NCBI GenBank assembly: GCA_930980855.1
Contig: CAKNIZ010000001.1
Location: 87,198-151,197, forward strand
Source: an uncultured Clostridium sp.
GTDB taxonomy: Bacteria; Bacillota; Clostridia; TANB77; CAG-508
Direction of reading: 5' to 3'
Length of the DNA: 64,000 nucleotides
Of the stretch, positions 1 through 10,860 are shown in pieces. How positions within the stretch are numbered: position 1 is the first letter of the stretch; the number at the start of each line of letters is the position of its first letter. The notes under the pieces are model-generated. The model searched no databases. It was not told the origin of the DNA and worked only from the letters and a program-made list of their open reading frames with translations. Both the position numbers and the translations under genes were made by a program.

Positions 1-129
1 ATTAAAGTCACATCTTAATAATACTTTTTTTCCATTTACATCAATATCTTTTATAGTTACTTTATTCATGGTTATTACCTCTTTTCTATTTTAAATTTTA
101 AGGAAAAGTAAAACTCTTCCTTAAATTAA

Positions 130-1155
<1,026 letters not shown>

Positions 1156-1191
1156 TTATAATAAAATGCCTTTTTAGGCAATATTATTTTA

Positions 1192-1221
1192 TAACAAAAA
1201 AGAACACATTGCAAGTGTTCT
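1192..1221 (-). terminator. rho-independent terminator downstream of the 82-aa ORF
   Basis: A GAACAC-loop-GTGTTC hairpin is followed by a T-run on the minus strand. Confidence 0.4.
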
Positions 1222-1277
1222 TCTTAATTTGTATTATTATTTTCAATAATTATTAAGCTTATTCATTTAACTTTTAA

Positions 1278-1526
1278 TTATAAATTAACTTTTACTTCTT
1301 CGCTATCTTCTTTTCTATAGCTATATGGTCTTAAATGAAAACCGTTATCAAAATATATTTCTTGTGTCCAGAAATCACGTACTTCTTTGAATACTTTTTC
1401 TTGCTTTGGAGTTAATTCTACTACTATGTCTTGAAACAAGAAATTCTTAAAACTTGTCCATGGACTTACTTTTGCAGGAACTTTTGTATAAACAGAAGAA
1501 TTTTTCTCATTCTCATTATTTTCCAT
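1278..1526 (-). CDS. hypothetical small protein (82 aa)
   Basis: The ORF is clean and no motif was recognised. Confidence 0.35.
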   Translation of the reverse strand: MENNENEKNSSVYTKVPAKVSPWTSFKNFLFQDIVVELTPKQEKVFKEVRDFWTQEIYFDNGFHLRPYSYRKEDSEEVKVNL

Positions 1527-1634
1527 TTTCTATCTCCTCCTTTGTTACTAATCATAGTATATACTAAATATACTACATCTATACAAATTTATCAAGTAAT
1601 TTTTTTATTTTTTTTATTACATTTTTGTTACAAT

Positions 1635-2555
1635 TTATAATTTTTGTATTTCTTCTTTACTTAGCCCTGTAGCCTTCACTATGTCCTCTATTTTTAATCC
1701 CATTAGTTTTAGACTTTTTGCTATTTTTAGTTTTTCTTCTCTTTTTCCTGATTCTATACCTTCAATAATTCCAGATTTTCTTCCTTCCTTTCTTCCTTCT
1801 ATTATATAGTTCTCTTTCATTTTCAATAATGCATCTGCTAACATACTTTTCCCTCCTTCTTTTTTTCTTAATTTTTCTCTTATTTCTTCTATCTTTAATT
1901 CTGGTAATACTCTTGCTGCCACATTACAAGTATACTCATCTATCAGTTCTTTTTCATATTCTTTTAAGTCTTCATATTTTATTTTTTTATATGTTTTTTC
2001 TACATCTTTTGATTTTTCTAGTAATAGTATTTTTGATAATGCTCCGTCTTCTTCTATTAGTTCTTCTTCTTTATATTTATTTGTATCTACTAATATATAC
2101 CTTCCAAATTCTATGCTTTTAAATCCCGGCACTTTCTGTTGATTTTCTCCTAAGTACGTTTTTACATTCCACTTTTTATTTCCTGTATATAAAACTATTG
2201 GTATTATTGTTGGTATTATGCTAGTCTTGTTTTTTGTCTTTTGGCGTTCTATATTATATTTTCTTAATATTTCAACTAAATATTCTATTATTCTTTCTGG
2301 CATAGCATAATCTACACTTGATTGATGTTCTATTAAAATAAATACTGGTCTATTTTTTATTTTATATAGAATATCTGTTTCTTTATTGTAGTATGCTTTG
2401 GTTATGTACCTGTTATCACACTGTTCTAGCTCTTCTATTTTAGAATCGATATCTTCTTCATCACTTATTTCTTCTTTCAATACTATTTGCTCAAATAACT
2501 GCTTTTCAAATTCATACAATTCTTTTAAATATGCATTTATATCTAGTTCTTCCAC
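1635..2555 (-). CDS. Rpn/YhgA-family recombination-promoting nuclease (PD-(D/E)XK putative transposase, TIGR01784-like)
   Basis: The C-terminus carries the repeated GxxEGxxxG motifs (IIEGRKEGRKSGIIEGIESGKRE) typical of the Rpn/YhgA family. A paralog lies at 32682-33629. Confidence 0.75.
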   Translation of the reverse strand: MEELDINAYLKELYEFEKQLFEQIVLKEEISDEEDIDSKIEELEQCDNRYITKAYYNKETDILYKIKNRPVFILIEHQSSVDYAMPERIIEYLVEILRKYNIERQKTKNKTSIIPTIIPIVLYTGNKKWNVKTYLGENQQKVPGFKSIEFGRYILVDTNKYKEEELIEEDGALSKILLLEKSKDVEKTYKKIKYEDLKEYEKELIDEYTCNVAARVLPELKIEEIREKLRKKEGGKSMLADALLKMKENYIIEGRKEGRKSGIIEGIESGKREEKLKIAKSLKLMGLKIEDIVKATGLSKEEIQKL

Positions 2556-2848
2556 TCTACCTCCATTATATATTGTTTACTATTTTTCGTCAACATTTTA
2601 AATTTATTTTGGGATTATCTTTAGAATTTTTGAAAATTATTGAATCAAAATTTTTTAGATATTATTTTTTATTTTACATCATTTTCTCTTATATCGCAAC
2701 AAAAATCGTACGTCAAATTATCTCATTTTTCGACAATCCATAGATTCTTTAATGTCGAAACAATTAACTATGTCAACGTCCATCATTATACTTGTCTTTC
2801 TTAAATTTTTGTTTTATAATTTTCTTATCTAATGAAAGGAGTGATTGT

Positions 2849-3571
2849 ATGACACCACATAATGAAGCTAAAAAAGAAGATATTTCAGATATTGTTTTAA
2901 TGCCTGGAGATCCACTTAGAGCTAAATATATTGCTGAAAATTTTTTCGAAAAATCTAAATTAATTAATTCAGTAAGAAACATGTTAGGATATACAGGATA
3001 TTATAAAGGAAGGAAAATAACTGTTTTTGCTTCAGGTATGGGAATGCCTAGTATGGGCATTTATGCATATGAACTTTATAAATTTTATGATGTCAAGAGT
3101 ATTATTAGACTTGGTTCTTGTGGAGCTTATTCACCAGATTTAAATATTTTTGATACCATCTTAGTTGATAATAGCTATACAGAAGGTAATTTTGCATATA
3201 GCTTAGAAGGCGTAGATTGCCATATAGCAAAAGCTGATGAGTCTTTAAATTCTATAGTAGCTCAAGCAGCTAAAGTGCAAGGTAATAATTTGATTTTAGG
3301 TAATGTTCTTTGCAGTGAAGTTTTCGATTACTATGTTAAAGATTTAGAAGCTTTAATAAAAAGATTTCCTAAAGATTTAAATATTATTGGTGCTGAAATG
3401 GAGTCCTTTGCTTTATTTTATACTGCAAAATATTTAAACAAAAAAGCTGCTTGTCTTCTTACTGTTGTTGACTCGCATTATAAAAAGCAAGAAATTTCTG
3501 CTGATGAAAGGCAAAATTCTTTAAATACTATGATTCAAATAGCACTTGATGCTAGTTTAAAAATTGATTAA
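2849..3571 (+). CDS. deoD: purine nucleoside phosphorylase DeoD-type
   Basis: MTPHNEAK...MPGDPLRAKYIAE and GMGMPS motifs are present. An AGGAG RBS sits 8 nt upstream of the ATG at 2849. The six-frame ORF starts earlier at 2792. Confidence 0.9.
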   Translation: MTPHNEAKKEDISDIVLMPGDPLRAKYIAENFFEKSKLINSVRNMLGYTGYYKGRKITVFASGMGMPSMGIYAYELYKFYDVKSIIRLGSCGAYSPDLNIFDTILVDNSYTEGNFAYSLEGVDCHIAKADESLNSIVAQAAKVQGNNLILGNVLCSEVFDYYVKDLEALIKRFPKDLNIIGAEMESFALFYTAKYLNKKAACLLTVVDSHYKKQEISADERQNSLNTMIQIALDASLKID

Positions 3572-3575
3572 CAAA

Positions 3576-3605
3576 AACCATGGAGATTTCCATTTCTCCA
3601 TGGTT
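3576..3605. terminator. bidirectional hairpin terminator between deoD and the convergent gene
   Basis: AACCATGGAGA-loop-TCTCCATGGTT is an 11-bp perfect stem. Confidence 0.55.
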
Positions 3606-3621
3606 TCATCTTTTAAACATC

Positions 3622-4380
3622 TTATTCTTGAGCCTCTCCTTCATCAATCTCACTAGATAATTGTTCCATTACTTCTAAGACTTGATTTAATCCTGGATAA
3701 ATTGCATCTATTAAATTTTCGTCTATTATTATTTTCCAGGTAAAGCCTTTTCTTTCAAGATTTAAAGTAGCTACTGTAGTTATAGTTTCAACATTATCTT
3801 GTTTTACACTTTCAGCTAATAATGCAATATTTTCCTCATTAGATATATCTTCTTGTGTTTCTAATTTTACAGATATTTTTTCTATCCAATTTAATAATAC
3901 TTGTCTAAAATTTTTAGTTGTTACTTCTACGTTTACTGTTGCTGTTTGATTTTCTACACTTTCTCCTGTTATAGACCATTCTATGGAATTAAAACAATTT
4001 TGCTCTAATTCTGTCATTTTTCCATTTCCTTGCCTTATTCCAGCATCTAAAACATTAATTAATTCATCATAGTTTATATTCCAGTTTGATACTTTTCCAT
4101 TTTTTAAGTTTGTAAATGTATTATTTACTGCCATTCTTGGAGTAATTGATGTATAAGCTACAAGTAATACTAATGCGATTAGTATTAGCAATAATACTAC
4201 TATTACAATCCATTTTTTACTTCTTTTTTCTTTATATTTTTTCAAATCTTTTTTATCTTCTATTTTATTATTTTTTTCTTTAACTTTTTTGTTTTTTTCA
4301 TTTACTTTCTTTTCTTCTTTTTTCTTATTTTTCTCTTTTATTTTATTTTCTTTTTCTTCTAATTTTTTATTATCTTCCAT
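3622..4380 (-). CDS. hypothetical membrane-anchored protein with a Lys-rich N-terminus
   Basis: A KEKNKK-rich tail is followed by one TM helix and an extracytoplasmic domain. Confidence 0.45.
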   Translation of the reverse strand: MEDNKKLEEKENKIKEKNKKKEEKKVNEKNKKVKEKNNKIEDKKDLKKYKEKRSKKWIVIVVLLLILIALVLLVAYTSITPRMAVNNTFTNLKNGKVSNWNINYDELINVLDAGIRQGNGKMTELEQNCFNSIEWSITGESVENQTATVNVEVTTKNFRQVLLNWIEKISVKLETQEDISNEENIALLAESVKQDNVETITTVATLNLERKGFTWKIIIDENLIDAIYPGLNQVLEVMEQLSSEIDEGEAQE

Positions 4381-4403
4381 ATTACTACCTCTTTTTTACT
4401 TTA

Positions 4404-4958
4404 TTATACCATATAATTTTCCAAAATCATCTTAAAAGCTATAAATATTAAAATTATTCCACCAGTTATTTCAGCTTTTTGTTTATATCTTTCTCCAAAT
4501 ACATTACCTAATTTTACACCTATTAAAGATAAAATAAAAGTTATTATTCCAATGCATATTACAGCTATTGTAATATCCATTTTTAGAAAAGCAAAACTAA
4601 CACCAACCGCTAATGCATCTATACTTGTTGCTATTGCTAGAACAAACATTGTTTTAAAACTAATATCATCATTTTCTTTTTCATCATTTTTGAATGATTG
4701 TATTATCATATTGATTCCTATCACTGACAATAAAATGAAAGCTATCCAATAATTTAAATTTATAAGTTCACTACTTAAATTTTTTGCTAATAGAAATCCT
4801 ACCATTGGCATTAATGCTTGAAATATTCCAAAGTATAATGCTATTATAAGTGCTTTTTTGCAATTTATCTTTTGTATCGATAGACCTTTACATATAGACA
4901 CTGCAAAAGCATCCATTCCCAGCCCTATACTTATTAAAAATATTTCAGTTATACTCAT
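4404..4958 (-). CDS. mntP: manganese efflux pump MntP family
   Basis: The N-terminal GMDAFAVS motif and a duplicated 3-TM architecture match MntP. Confidence 0.8.
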   Translation of the reverse strand: MSITEIFLISIGLGMDAFAVSICKGLSIQKINCKKALIIALYFGIFQALMPMVGFLLAKNLSSELINLNYWIAFILLSVIGINMIIQSFKNDEKENDDISFKTMFVLAIATSIDALAVGVSFAFLKMDITIAVICIGIITFILSLIGVKLGNVFGERYKQKAEITGGIILIFIAFKMILENYMV

Positions 4959-5825
4959 CTAAACAACTCCTAATAATATTAATACGAGTATTCCTAAAGC
5001 AATTCTATACCATCCAAATACTTTGAAGTCGTGCTTTTTTATGTAACTCATTAAGAATTTTATAACCAATATTGAAACCAAGAAAGCAACTGCCATTCCC
5101 ACTAATAATACCATTAATTCTGCTCCTGAAAACGCTAAACCAAATTTTAAAATTTTGAGCAAACTTGCTCCAAACATAACTGGTATTGCTAAGAAAAAAG
5201 TATATTCTGCTGCTACTGTTCTTGATACTCCTATTAGAAGAGCACCTATGATTGTTGCACCTGAACGTGATGTTCCTGGAAAAATTGCTGCTATTAATTG
5301 AAATATACCTATTATTAGTGCATCTCTATATGTTAGCTTATCTATTTCTGTAACTCTAGGCTTCATTCCTTTCTTTTTGTTTTCAATTATAATAAATGCT
5401 ATACCTACTACAATAAGCATTGTTGCTACAACCCATGAATTATATAAATACTTATTTAATATATCATCAAATAATAAACCTACTATTGCAGCTGGCACAC
5501 ATGCAACTAAAATTTTTGCCCATAAAATCAGTATTTTTTTGTCCCATACTATTTTTTTACCTGCTTTACTTTCTTTTGTTCTCAGTGGCCATATTTCTTT
5601 AAAATACAATAATACTACAGCTAATATTGCTCCTAATTGTATTACAACTTCAAACATATCAAAAAATCCTTCTGATAATCCTTGAAATTTCATAAAATTC
5701 TCTGCAAGTATTAAATGTCCTGTACTACTAATAGGTAGCCACTCTGTTATTCCTTCGATTACACCATATATTATTGAATAAACTATATTTAACATATCTG
5801 CCTCCATTTCTTTAAATTTATTCAA
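4959..5825 (-). CDS. uppP: undecaprenyl-diphosphatase
   Basis: The WLPISSTGHL motif and a polytopic membrane profile match UppP. Confidence 0.9.
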   Translation of the reverse strand: MNKFKEMEADMLNIVYSIIYGVIEGITEWLPISSTGHLILAENFMKFQGLSEGFFDMFEVVIQLGAILAVVLLYFKEIWPLRTKESKAGKKIVWDKKILILWAKILVACVPAAIVGLLFDDILNKYLYNSWVVATMLIVVGIAFIIIENKKKGMKPRVTEIDKLTYRDALIIGIFQLIAAIFPGTSRSGATIIGALLIGVSRTVAAEYTFFLAIPVMFGASLLKILKFGLAFSGAELMVLLVGMAVAFLVSILVIKFLMSYIKKHDFKVFGWYRIALGILVLILLGVV

Positions 5826-5931
5826 ATTTTTGTTATTTAGACTTTTTTATTCTAACATTTTTTTATAACTATTGTAAATATTTTTTTCTAATGTTATAAT
5901 CTTTTTAAATTTAATAATCAAGGAGAAATTT

Positions 5932-6687
5932 ATGGATATTTTAAAAAGATATGATTTTGATTTATTTAGTGAACCTCAAAGAAAGCCTCAAGTATATAGA
6001 AAGTCTCCTGGAGATATACCTATGAAAAAACGTGCAGTTAGAGCTAAAAAGAGGTCTATGATGAAACGTATTGCTGCTTTTTTAGCTGCTGGCACCCTTG
6101 TTCTAGGTACAATTCATTTAGTTAACCAATATAACAAAGTTCCTGAAGAAAGTGAAACCGTACATAATTACACAGCTTCATCAGATACTATTGAAAGTCA
6201 ATTAGAAAACCTTGCTGAAGATTTTTCTAATATTTCTAAAGAATCTAGCTCAGAAGATATTAATGCTTTTGCACATGAATTATATGATTTTAATATGACA
6301 TATTTAAAAAATAAGGTTTTAAATATATATAATTCTCAAGCGTATACTAAAGCTAATTCAGTTAAAGTTTTAAGATCTCTCGTAAATTCAAATGACCCAC
6401 ATCATGTATATACAGCTAATTTTTCAAATATATATGGTAATAAAGATAGAGTTATCTTAAGAGGTAATATTTTAGAACAAACTATGGATAATATAATAAA
6501 TCTTCAAGATTTTGATGTTTACCATGATGGTTTTAATTCATTGGAAAGAGCAGCAAACAGTACTTTTGCTACTTTAGGAAAAGATTTTATTATTTCTTAT
6601 GACACTGACAAAAATAGAATGACTTCTTATGAATTAGAAAAAGAGAATGATAAAACTTCTGAAAATAAAGAAGAAATGGACAGATAA
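5932..6687 (+). CDS. hypothetical membrane-anchored protein
   Basis: A basic N-terminus and a single TM are present. No known domain was recognised. Confidence 0.4.
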   Translation: MDILKRYDFDLFSEPQRKPQVYRKSPGDIPMKKRAVRAKKRSMMKRIAAFLAAGTLVLGTIHLVNQYNKVPEESETVHNYTASSDTIESQLENLAEDFSNISKESSSEDINAFAHELYDFNMTYLKNKVLNIYNSQAYTKANSVKVLRSLVNSNDPHHVYTANFSNIYGNKDRVILRGNILEQTMDNIINLQDFDVYHDGFNSLERAANSTFATLGKDFIISYDTDKNRMTSYELEKENDKTSENKEEMDR

Positions 6688-6716
6688 AAGAGCACCTATA
6701 AAAGTGCTCTTTATTT
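6686..6716. terminator. bidirectional terminator (AGAGCAC..GTGCTCT hairpin plus T/A runs)
   Basis: A perfect hairpin lies between the end of the + strand ORF and the 3' end of tRNA-Trp. Confidence 0.6.
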
Positions 6717-6791
6717 TGGCAGGGGTAGAAGGATTTGAACCCTCACGCACGGTTTTGGAGACCGGAATGCTACCATTAACATCATACCCCT
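6717..6791 (-). tRNA. trnW: tRNA-Trp (anticodon CCA)
   Basis: The reverse complement gives an AGGGGTA/TACCCCT acceptor stem, a GGTTCAAATCC T-arm, a CTCCAAA anticodon loop and an encoded CCA end. Confidence 0.85.
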
Positions 6792-6918
6792 ATGTATTTA
6801 ACAACTATTATCATAACATATATTTATTTTTTTATCAAGTAATTTTTTGATTTTTTATTGACTATTTTTTAAGATTATGTTATTTTATTATGTGTAGGCA
6901 CTAAAAGTTGGAGGTAAC

Positions 6919-7522
6919 ATGAAAAAAACTTTTAATAAACTTTTATTGTCTATTTTTGTTTTAATTTTATTTATTTCTTTATTTTTTGTTCCAATTATGT
7001 ATTCTTCAAATTCTTATTATTCCGATGATTACTATGAACAATTAATTTTGTCTGGAGATGGATTTTTCTGGCCTATACCTGGCTATACAAATATTTCCTC
7101 ATATTTTGGCAAAAGAAAATCTCCTACTGCTGGTGCTTCCACTTCACATTCTGGAATTGACATACCAGCAAGTAATAATACTAAACTTTATGCTGTTGAA
7201 GAAGGTATAGTTACATTTGCCAGTTGGGGCGCTGGTGGTGGATATACTATTGTCTTAGAACTTACTAATTTTCCCAATATCTCTGTTTCTTACTGCCATG
7301 TTTCCCCTAACTTTATAGTTACACGTAATCAGCTTGTTAAAAAAGGAGAACTCATACGGTTATGTTGGTCCTAAAAATGTATATGGCATAAATAATAATC
7401 CATATAAAGATTCTAATGGTAATCCAACCAATGGTGCTACTACTGGATGTCATTTACACCTAACAATAAAAAAAGATGGAATACCAGTTAATCCTTTAGA
7501 TTATTTTTCTTCTAAAAGATAA
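6919..7522 (+). pseudogene. M23 family peptidase, frameshifted (ORFs 6919-7374 and 7334-7522)
   Basis: A signal/TM segment, HSGIDI, and HLH of the HxH motif are split across two frames. Removing one base in ATACGG (7354-7359) restores the conserved ...KKGELIGYVGPKN... sequence. Confidence 0.75.
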
Positions 7523-7546
7523 AATAGACCAAGCCTAGGCTATGGT

Positions 7547-8191
7547 CTACATATCATCTTCATTCTCATTATTTTGATTATCCGTTTCGTTTTCCTTTTT
7601 CTTTTCTTCTTTTTTTTCATCTTTACTCTTAGTATATTTATAATCACTGTCATCTTCATTTACTTTTATTTCTTCGTTTTCTTCTTCCTCTGAGTAACAA
7701 TGATTATCGCAATGATTACATTCTCCCGTGCAGTAATCATCCCAATCTAGTTCTATAATATTATGGCAATTTGGACATTCTATTTCATCTTTTAAATTAG
7801 TTTCTTTTCCTATAACAAATTCATGATTACAATATGGACATACAATCTCAAATTCATAATCCATTTCATTATCATGCATTTGATCTCCATGACAATATTC
7901 TTCATCACAATCATCACAATTGCAATCTTCGCATTCGCAATCGTCATCTTCATCATCATTATCGATATATAAATCTTCTTCTATTCTTTTTAATGATTTT
8001 TGAATATGCTTTACTTTCTTTTCTAACTTAATTTGTTTTTCACTGTTTTCTACTAATTTTTCAATAGTATCCATAAACATTACTGTCATTTCTGAAAATT
8101 TGCTTTTTACAAATTCTAATTCTTGAGGATTTTTTATTTTTACCTCTAATTCAGACAATATCTTGTTATAATTTTTATTTAACTCTGCCAT
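7547..8191 (-). CDS. acidic Cys-rich zinc-ribbon protein (hypothetical)
   Basis: A coiled-coil N-terminus is followed by multiple CxxC pairs (CPYCNHEF...CPNCHNII, CECEDCNCDDCDEEYCH) and a D/E-rich tail. Confidence 0.5.
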   Translation of the reverse strand: MAELNKNYNKILSELEVKIKNPQELEFVKSKFSEMTVMFMDTIEKLVENSEKQIKLEKKVKHIQKSLKRIEEDLYIDNDDEDDDCECEDCNCDDCDEEYCHGDQMHDNEMDYEFEIVCPYCNHEFVIGKETNLKDEIECPNCHNIIELDWDDYCTGECNHCDNHCYSEEEENEEIKVNEDDSDYKYTKSKDEKKEEKKKENETDNQNNENEDDM

Positions 8192-8206
8192 AATACTTCC
8201 TTTCTA

Positions 8207-8773
8207 CTAAATTCTTTCCATATATTCACCTGTTCTAGTATCCACTCTAACAACATCCCCTATATTAACGAACATTGGAACTGTTAATTTGTATCCATTT
8301 TCTAATGTTGCAGGTTTTCCAGATGTAGTTGCAGTATTTCCTGCAAATCCTGGTTCTGTGTATGTAACTTCTAATTCAACAAATATTGGTGGTTCTATAG
8401 AAAATACATTTCCTTTATATGAAAGTATTTTTACATTCATATTTTCTTTTAAGAATTTTAAGCTATCTCCTAATTGATTGCTATTAAGTGGAATTTGTTC
8501 ATATGTTTCATTATCCATGAAATAATATAAACCTCCATCTTCGTATAAATATTGCATTTCCTTTTTTTCAATTTCTGCTGCTGGGAATTTTTCTGAAGGA
8601 TTGAATGTTTTTTCAATTACACTTCCTGTTATAACGTTTCTAATTTTTGTTCTAACAAAAGCTGAACCTTTTCCTGGTTTTACATGTTGAAATTCAACTA
8701 CCCTATATACATTTCCATCCATTTCAAAAGTTGTTCCGTTTCTAAAATCACCTGCTGTATATACTGCTGCCAT
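8207..8773 (-). CDS. efp: elongation factor P
   Basis: [36 protein letters not shown] matches the EF-P KOW domain. Confidence 0.9.
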   Translation of the reverse strand: MAAVYTAGDFRNGTTFEMDGNVYRVVEFQHVKPGKGSAFVRTKIRNVITGSVIEKTFNPSEKFPAAEIEKKEMQYLYEDGGLYYFMDNETYEQIPLNSNQLGDSLKFLKENMNVKILSYKGNVFSIEPPIFVELEVTYTEPGFAGNTATTSGKPATLENGYKLTVPMFVNIGDVVRVDTRTGEYMERI

Positions 8774-8912
8774 TATTATTTCCTCCTTATTTAAAAATTA
8801 TTCATAAACACATATATCTATTTTACACCATTAGAGCTCAAAAATCAAGCATTTTACATAATTAAAAAATAAATATATGGTTATACTTCATAGCAAAATA
8901 ATGTATAACCAA

Positions 8913-9012
8913 TTGTATATTCCAAGATTTTTTGTTTCTTACTGTCGCTGCTAAAATTCTCCGAATTTTACAGCTCCAAACTGCGCGAAACTGCAAAATC
9001 TTGAATATACAA
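8913..9012. repeat. MITE-like palindromic element, family B copy 1
   Basis: 19-bp terminal inverted repeats TTGTATATTC(C/A)AAGATTTT flank a conserved CTCCAAACTGCGCGAAACTGCAAAATCTTG core. A second copy lies at 30222-30306. Confidence 0.7.
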
Positions 9013-9073
9013 AAAATAATTAATGCGCTATGAATTTGAACTCATATATTTAATTTATAAAATTAATAAAAAC

Positions 9074-9490
9074 CTATTTTCTATTAATATAATTTTCTAA
9101 TATATATACTGCTGCAATAGTATCTACGACTGACTTTTTCTTTTTATTATTAATATTTAAATAATTCATTGTTTTATGTGCTTCTACTGTTGTAAGTCTT
9201 TCATCAACTGATACTATTTCAATATTATTAAACCTAGATTTAAGCTTATGTATAAAGCTTTCTGTTTCTTCAGTTCTTTTACTAGGTGTTCCATCCATAT
9301 TTAATGGATTTCCTATTACAAATGTATCAATATTATAAGTATTTAAAAGCTCTTCTAATCTTTTTAGTATAATTTTATCATTGCCATTTGAAGTAATTGT
9401 TTCTAGTCCTTGAGCAGTTATTCCTAGTTCGTCAGTTATTGCTATTCCAGTTCTGGCTATTCCATAATCTATTCCTAATTTTCTACTCAT
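9074..9490 (-). CDS. ruvX: Holliday-junction resolvase-like RuvX/YqgF
   Basis: [16 protein letters not shown] matches the N-terminal YqgF motif, and the gene sits directly downstream of ireB. Confidence 0.8.
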   Translation of the reverse strand: MSRKLGIDYGIARTGIAITDELGITAQGLETITSNGNDKIILKRLEELLNTYNIDTFVIGNPLNMDGTPSKRTEETESFIHKLKSRFNNIEIVSVDERLTTVEAHKTMNYLNINNKKKKSVVDTIAAVYILENYINRK

Positions 9491-9737
9491 TTATATCTAT
9501 ATATTCCTTAACCATTTTTTCTAATAATTCATCTCTTTCAACTTGTCTTATAAGGTTTCTTGCTCCTTTATGGCTTGTTATATATGTTGGGTCTCCAGAT
9601 AGTATATATCCAACTATTTGATTTATAGGATTATATCCTTTTTCTTTTAGTGCATTATATACTTCTTTTAGTATTTCTTTTGCTCTTATGTTTTGTTCTT
9701 TTTCTACATCAAATTTAACTGTTTCGTCAATATTCAT
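9483..9737 (-). CDS. ireB: IreB-family regulatory phosphoprotein (UPF0297)
   Basis: The 84-aa ORF matches the conserved YrzL/IreB family and shows synteny with ruvX. Confidence 0.7.
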   Translation of the reverse strand: MNIDETVKFDVEKEQNIRAKEILKEVYNALKEKGYNPINQIVGYILSGDPTYITSHKGARNLIRQVERDELLEKMVKEYIDINE

Positions 9738-9747
9738 ACAATCCCTC

Positions 9748-10851
9748 CTATATACTTTTTATTGTATTTTCATTAGATGAATCTATGTATTCTTCTAACT
9801 TTTTAAAAGCTCCATCCAAAGATGTTCCTTTATAATATGTTGAAACTACCACTCTTATTTTAGGACTTACAACTACTTCCTCTTCTTCGTTTTCATGTAT
9901 ATAATCTTCAGCTGCTGTAATATTTAATTGTTCCATTTTCCCCTTCATATCCATCATAAAATTATATACACCATCTTTATCAGCGCCTGAAAAAACTATT
10001 GCAAATTTAGGCCCCATATATCTTACAAAAACATATTCTTTTGCTAAATTACTTTTCATAAAATTTGATAATGCAGTTATTACATGGTCTCCTGTTTTTC
10101 TGCTAATTTTTATATTTATATCTGGTAAATTAGTAATTTTAAATAAACAAATTGCTGAAGTTGTATATTTGTCTATAATCTTTTTTCCTTCTCCATATAA
10201 ATATTCTGCTGATTTTAAACCTGAATATAAGTCATCTCTAACAATATTTTCTATTGTAGCTTGATTTTCTACTGTTTTTAATATTGTCACTATATTGTTT
10301 CTTACTACTTCTAATATAGTTGTATCTATATGGTCAAACTCATGTGGCTTACTTCCCTCTATTATCCAATATCCTATGTAGACATTGTCTACATATAGAG
10401 GGAAGAATATTGCACATTTTGCTCTTCCAAATTCCATCTTTTGATATGGTAATTTTTCATTCTCGTTATCTACTGTTACATATTTAGGTGTTGCTGTTTT
10501 GATACTATCACCAAATACTGGATCATTTTGTAAATTCTTTAAGGTTTCCCAATGTTTTGTATCAACATTTGATGCTTTTACAACATATTGTGCACCGTCA
10601 AAAACTACTATTGTAGAATATTTTATTGAATATTTGCTTATTAATATATCATTAATATTTTCTAGTTTTTCTTTTATACTGGTAGTTTCTCCTAATGTCT
10701 TCATAAAATCTTGCAATACATTTAGGCTAGTTATTCTTTGGTTTAAATTACTATATGTTTCTATTTTTTTATGCACTGAATAATTGTATATTACCAAAGC
10801 TAAAACAATAATTACCAATATTGCTATAACTGATATTATCAAAAGTTTCAC
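9748..10851 (-). CDS. membrane protein with GAF-like region and degenerate GGDEF domain
   Basis: An N-terminal TM and DDLYSGL...GDHVITAL...[11 protein letters not shown] follow the GGDEF domain layout. The GG(D/E)EF motif is replaced by GPKFA. Confidence 0.5.
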   Translation of the reverse strand: MKLLIISVIAILVIIVLALVIYNYSVHKKIETYSNLNQRITSLNVLQDFMKTLGETTSIKEKLENINDILISKYSIKYSTIVVFDGAQYVVKASNVDTKHWETLKNLQNDPVFGDSIKTATPKYVTVDNENEKLPYQKMEFGRAKCAIFFPLYVDNVYIGYWIIEGSKPHEFDHIDTTILEVVRNNIVTILKTVENQATIENIVRDDLYSGLKSAEYLYGEGKKIIDKYTTSAICLFKITNLPDINIKISRKTGDHVITALSNFMKSNLAKEYVFVRYMGPKFAIVFSGADKDGVYNFMMDMKGKMEQLNITAAEDYIHENEEEEVVVSPKIRVVVSTYYKGTSLDGAFKKLEEYIDSSNENTIKSI

Positions 10852-10860
10852 CTCTTATCT

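Noticed and set aside
3622-4380. Lys-rich N-terminal tails (KEKNKKKEEKK...) as possible histone-like or nucleoid proteins
   Set aside because: The tail is followed by a TM helix and an extracytoplasmic domain. It more likely reflects AT-rich codon bias (AAA/AAG) in a membrane anchor.
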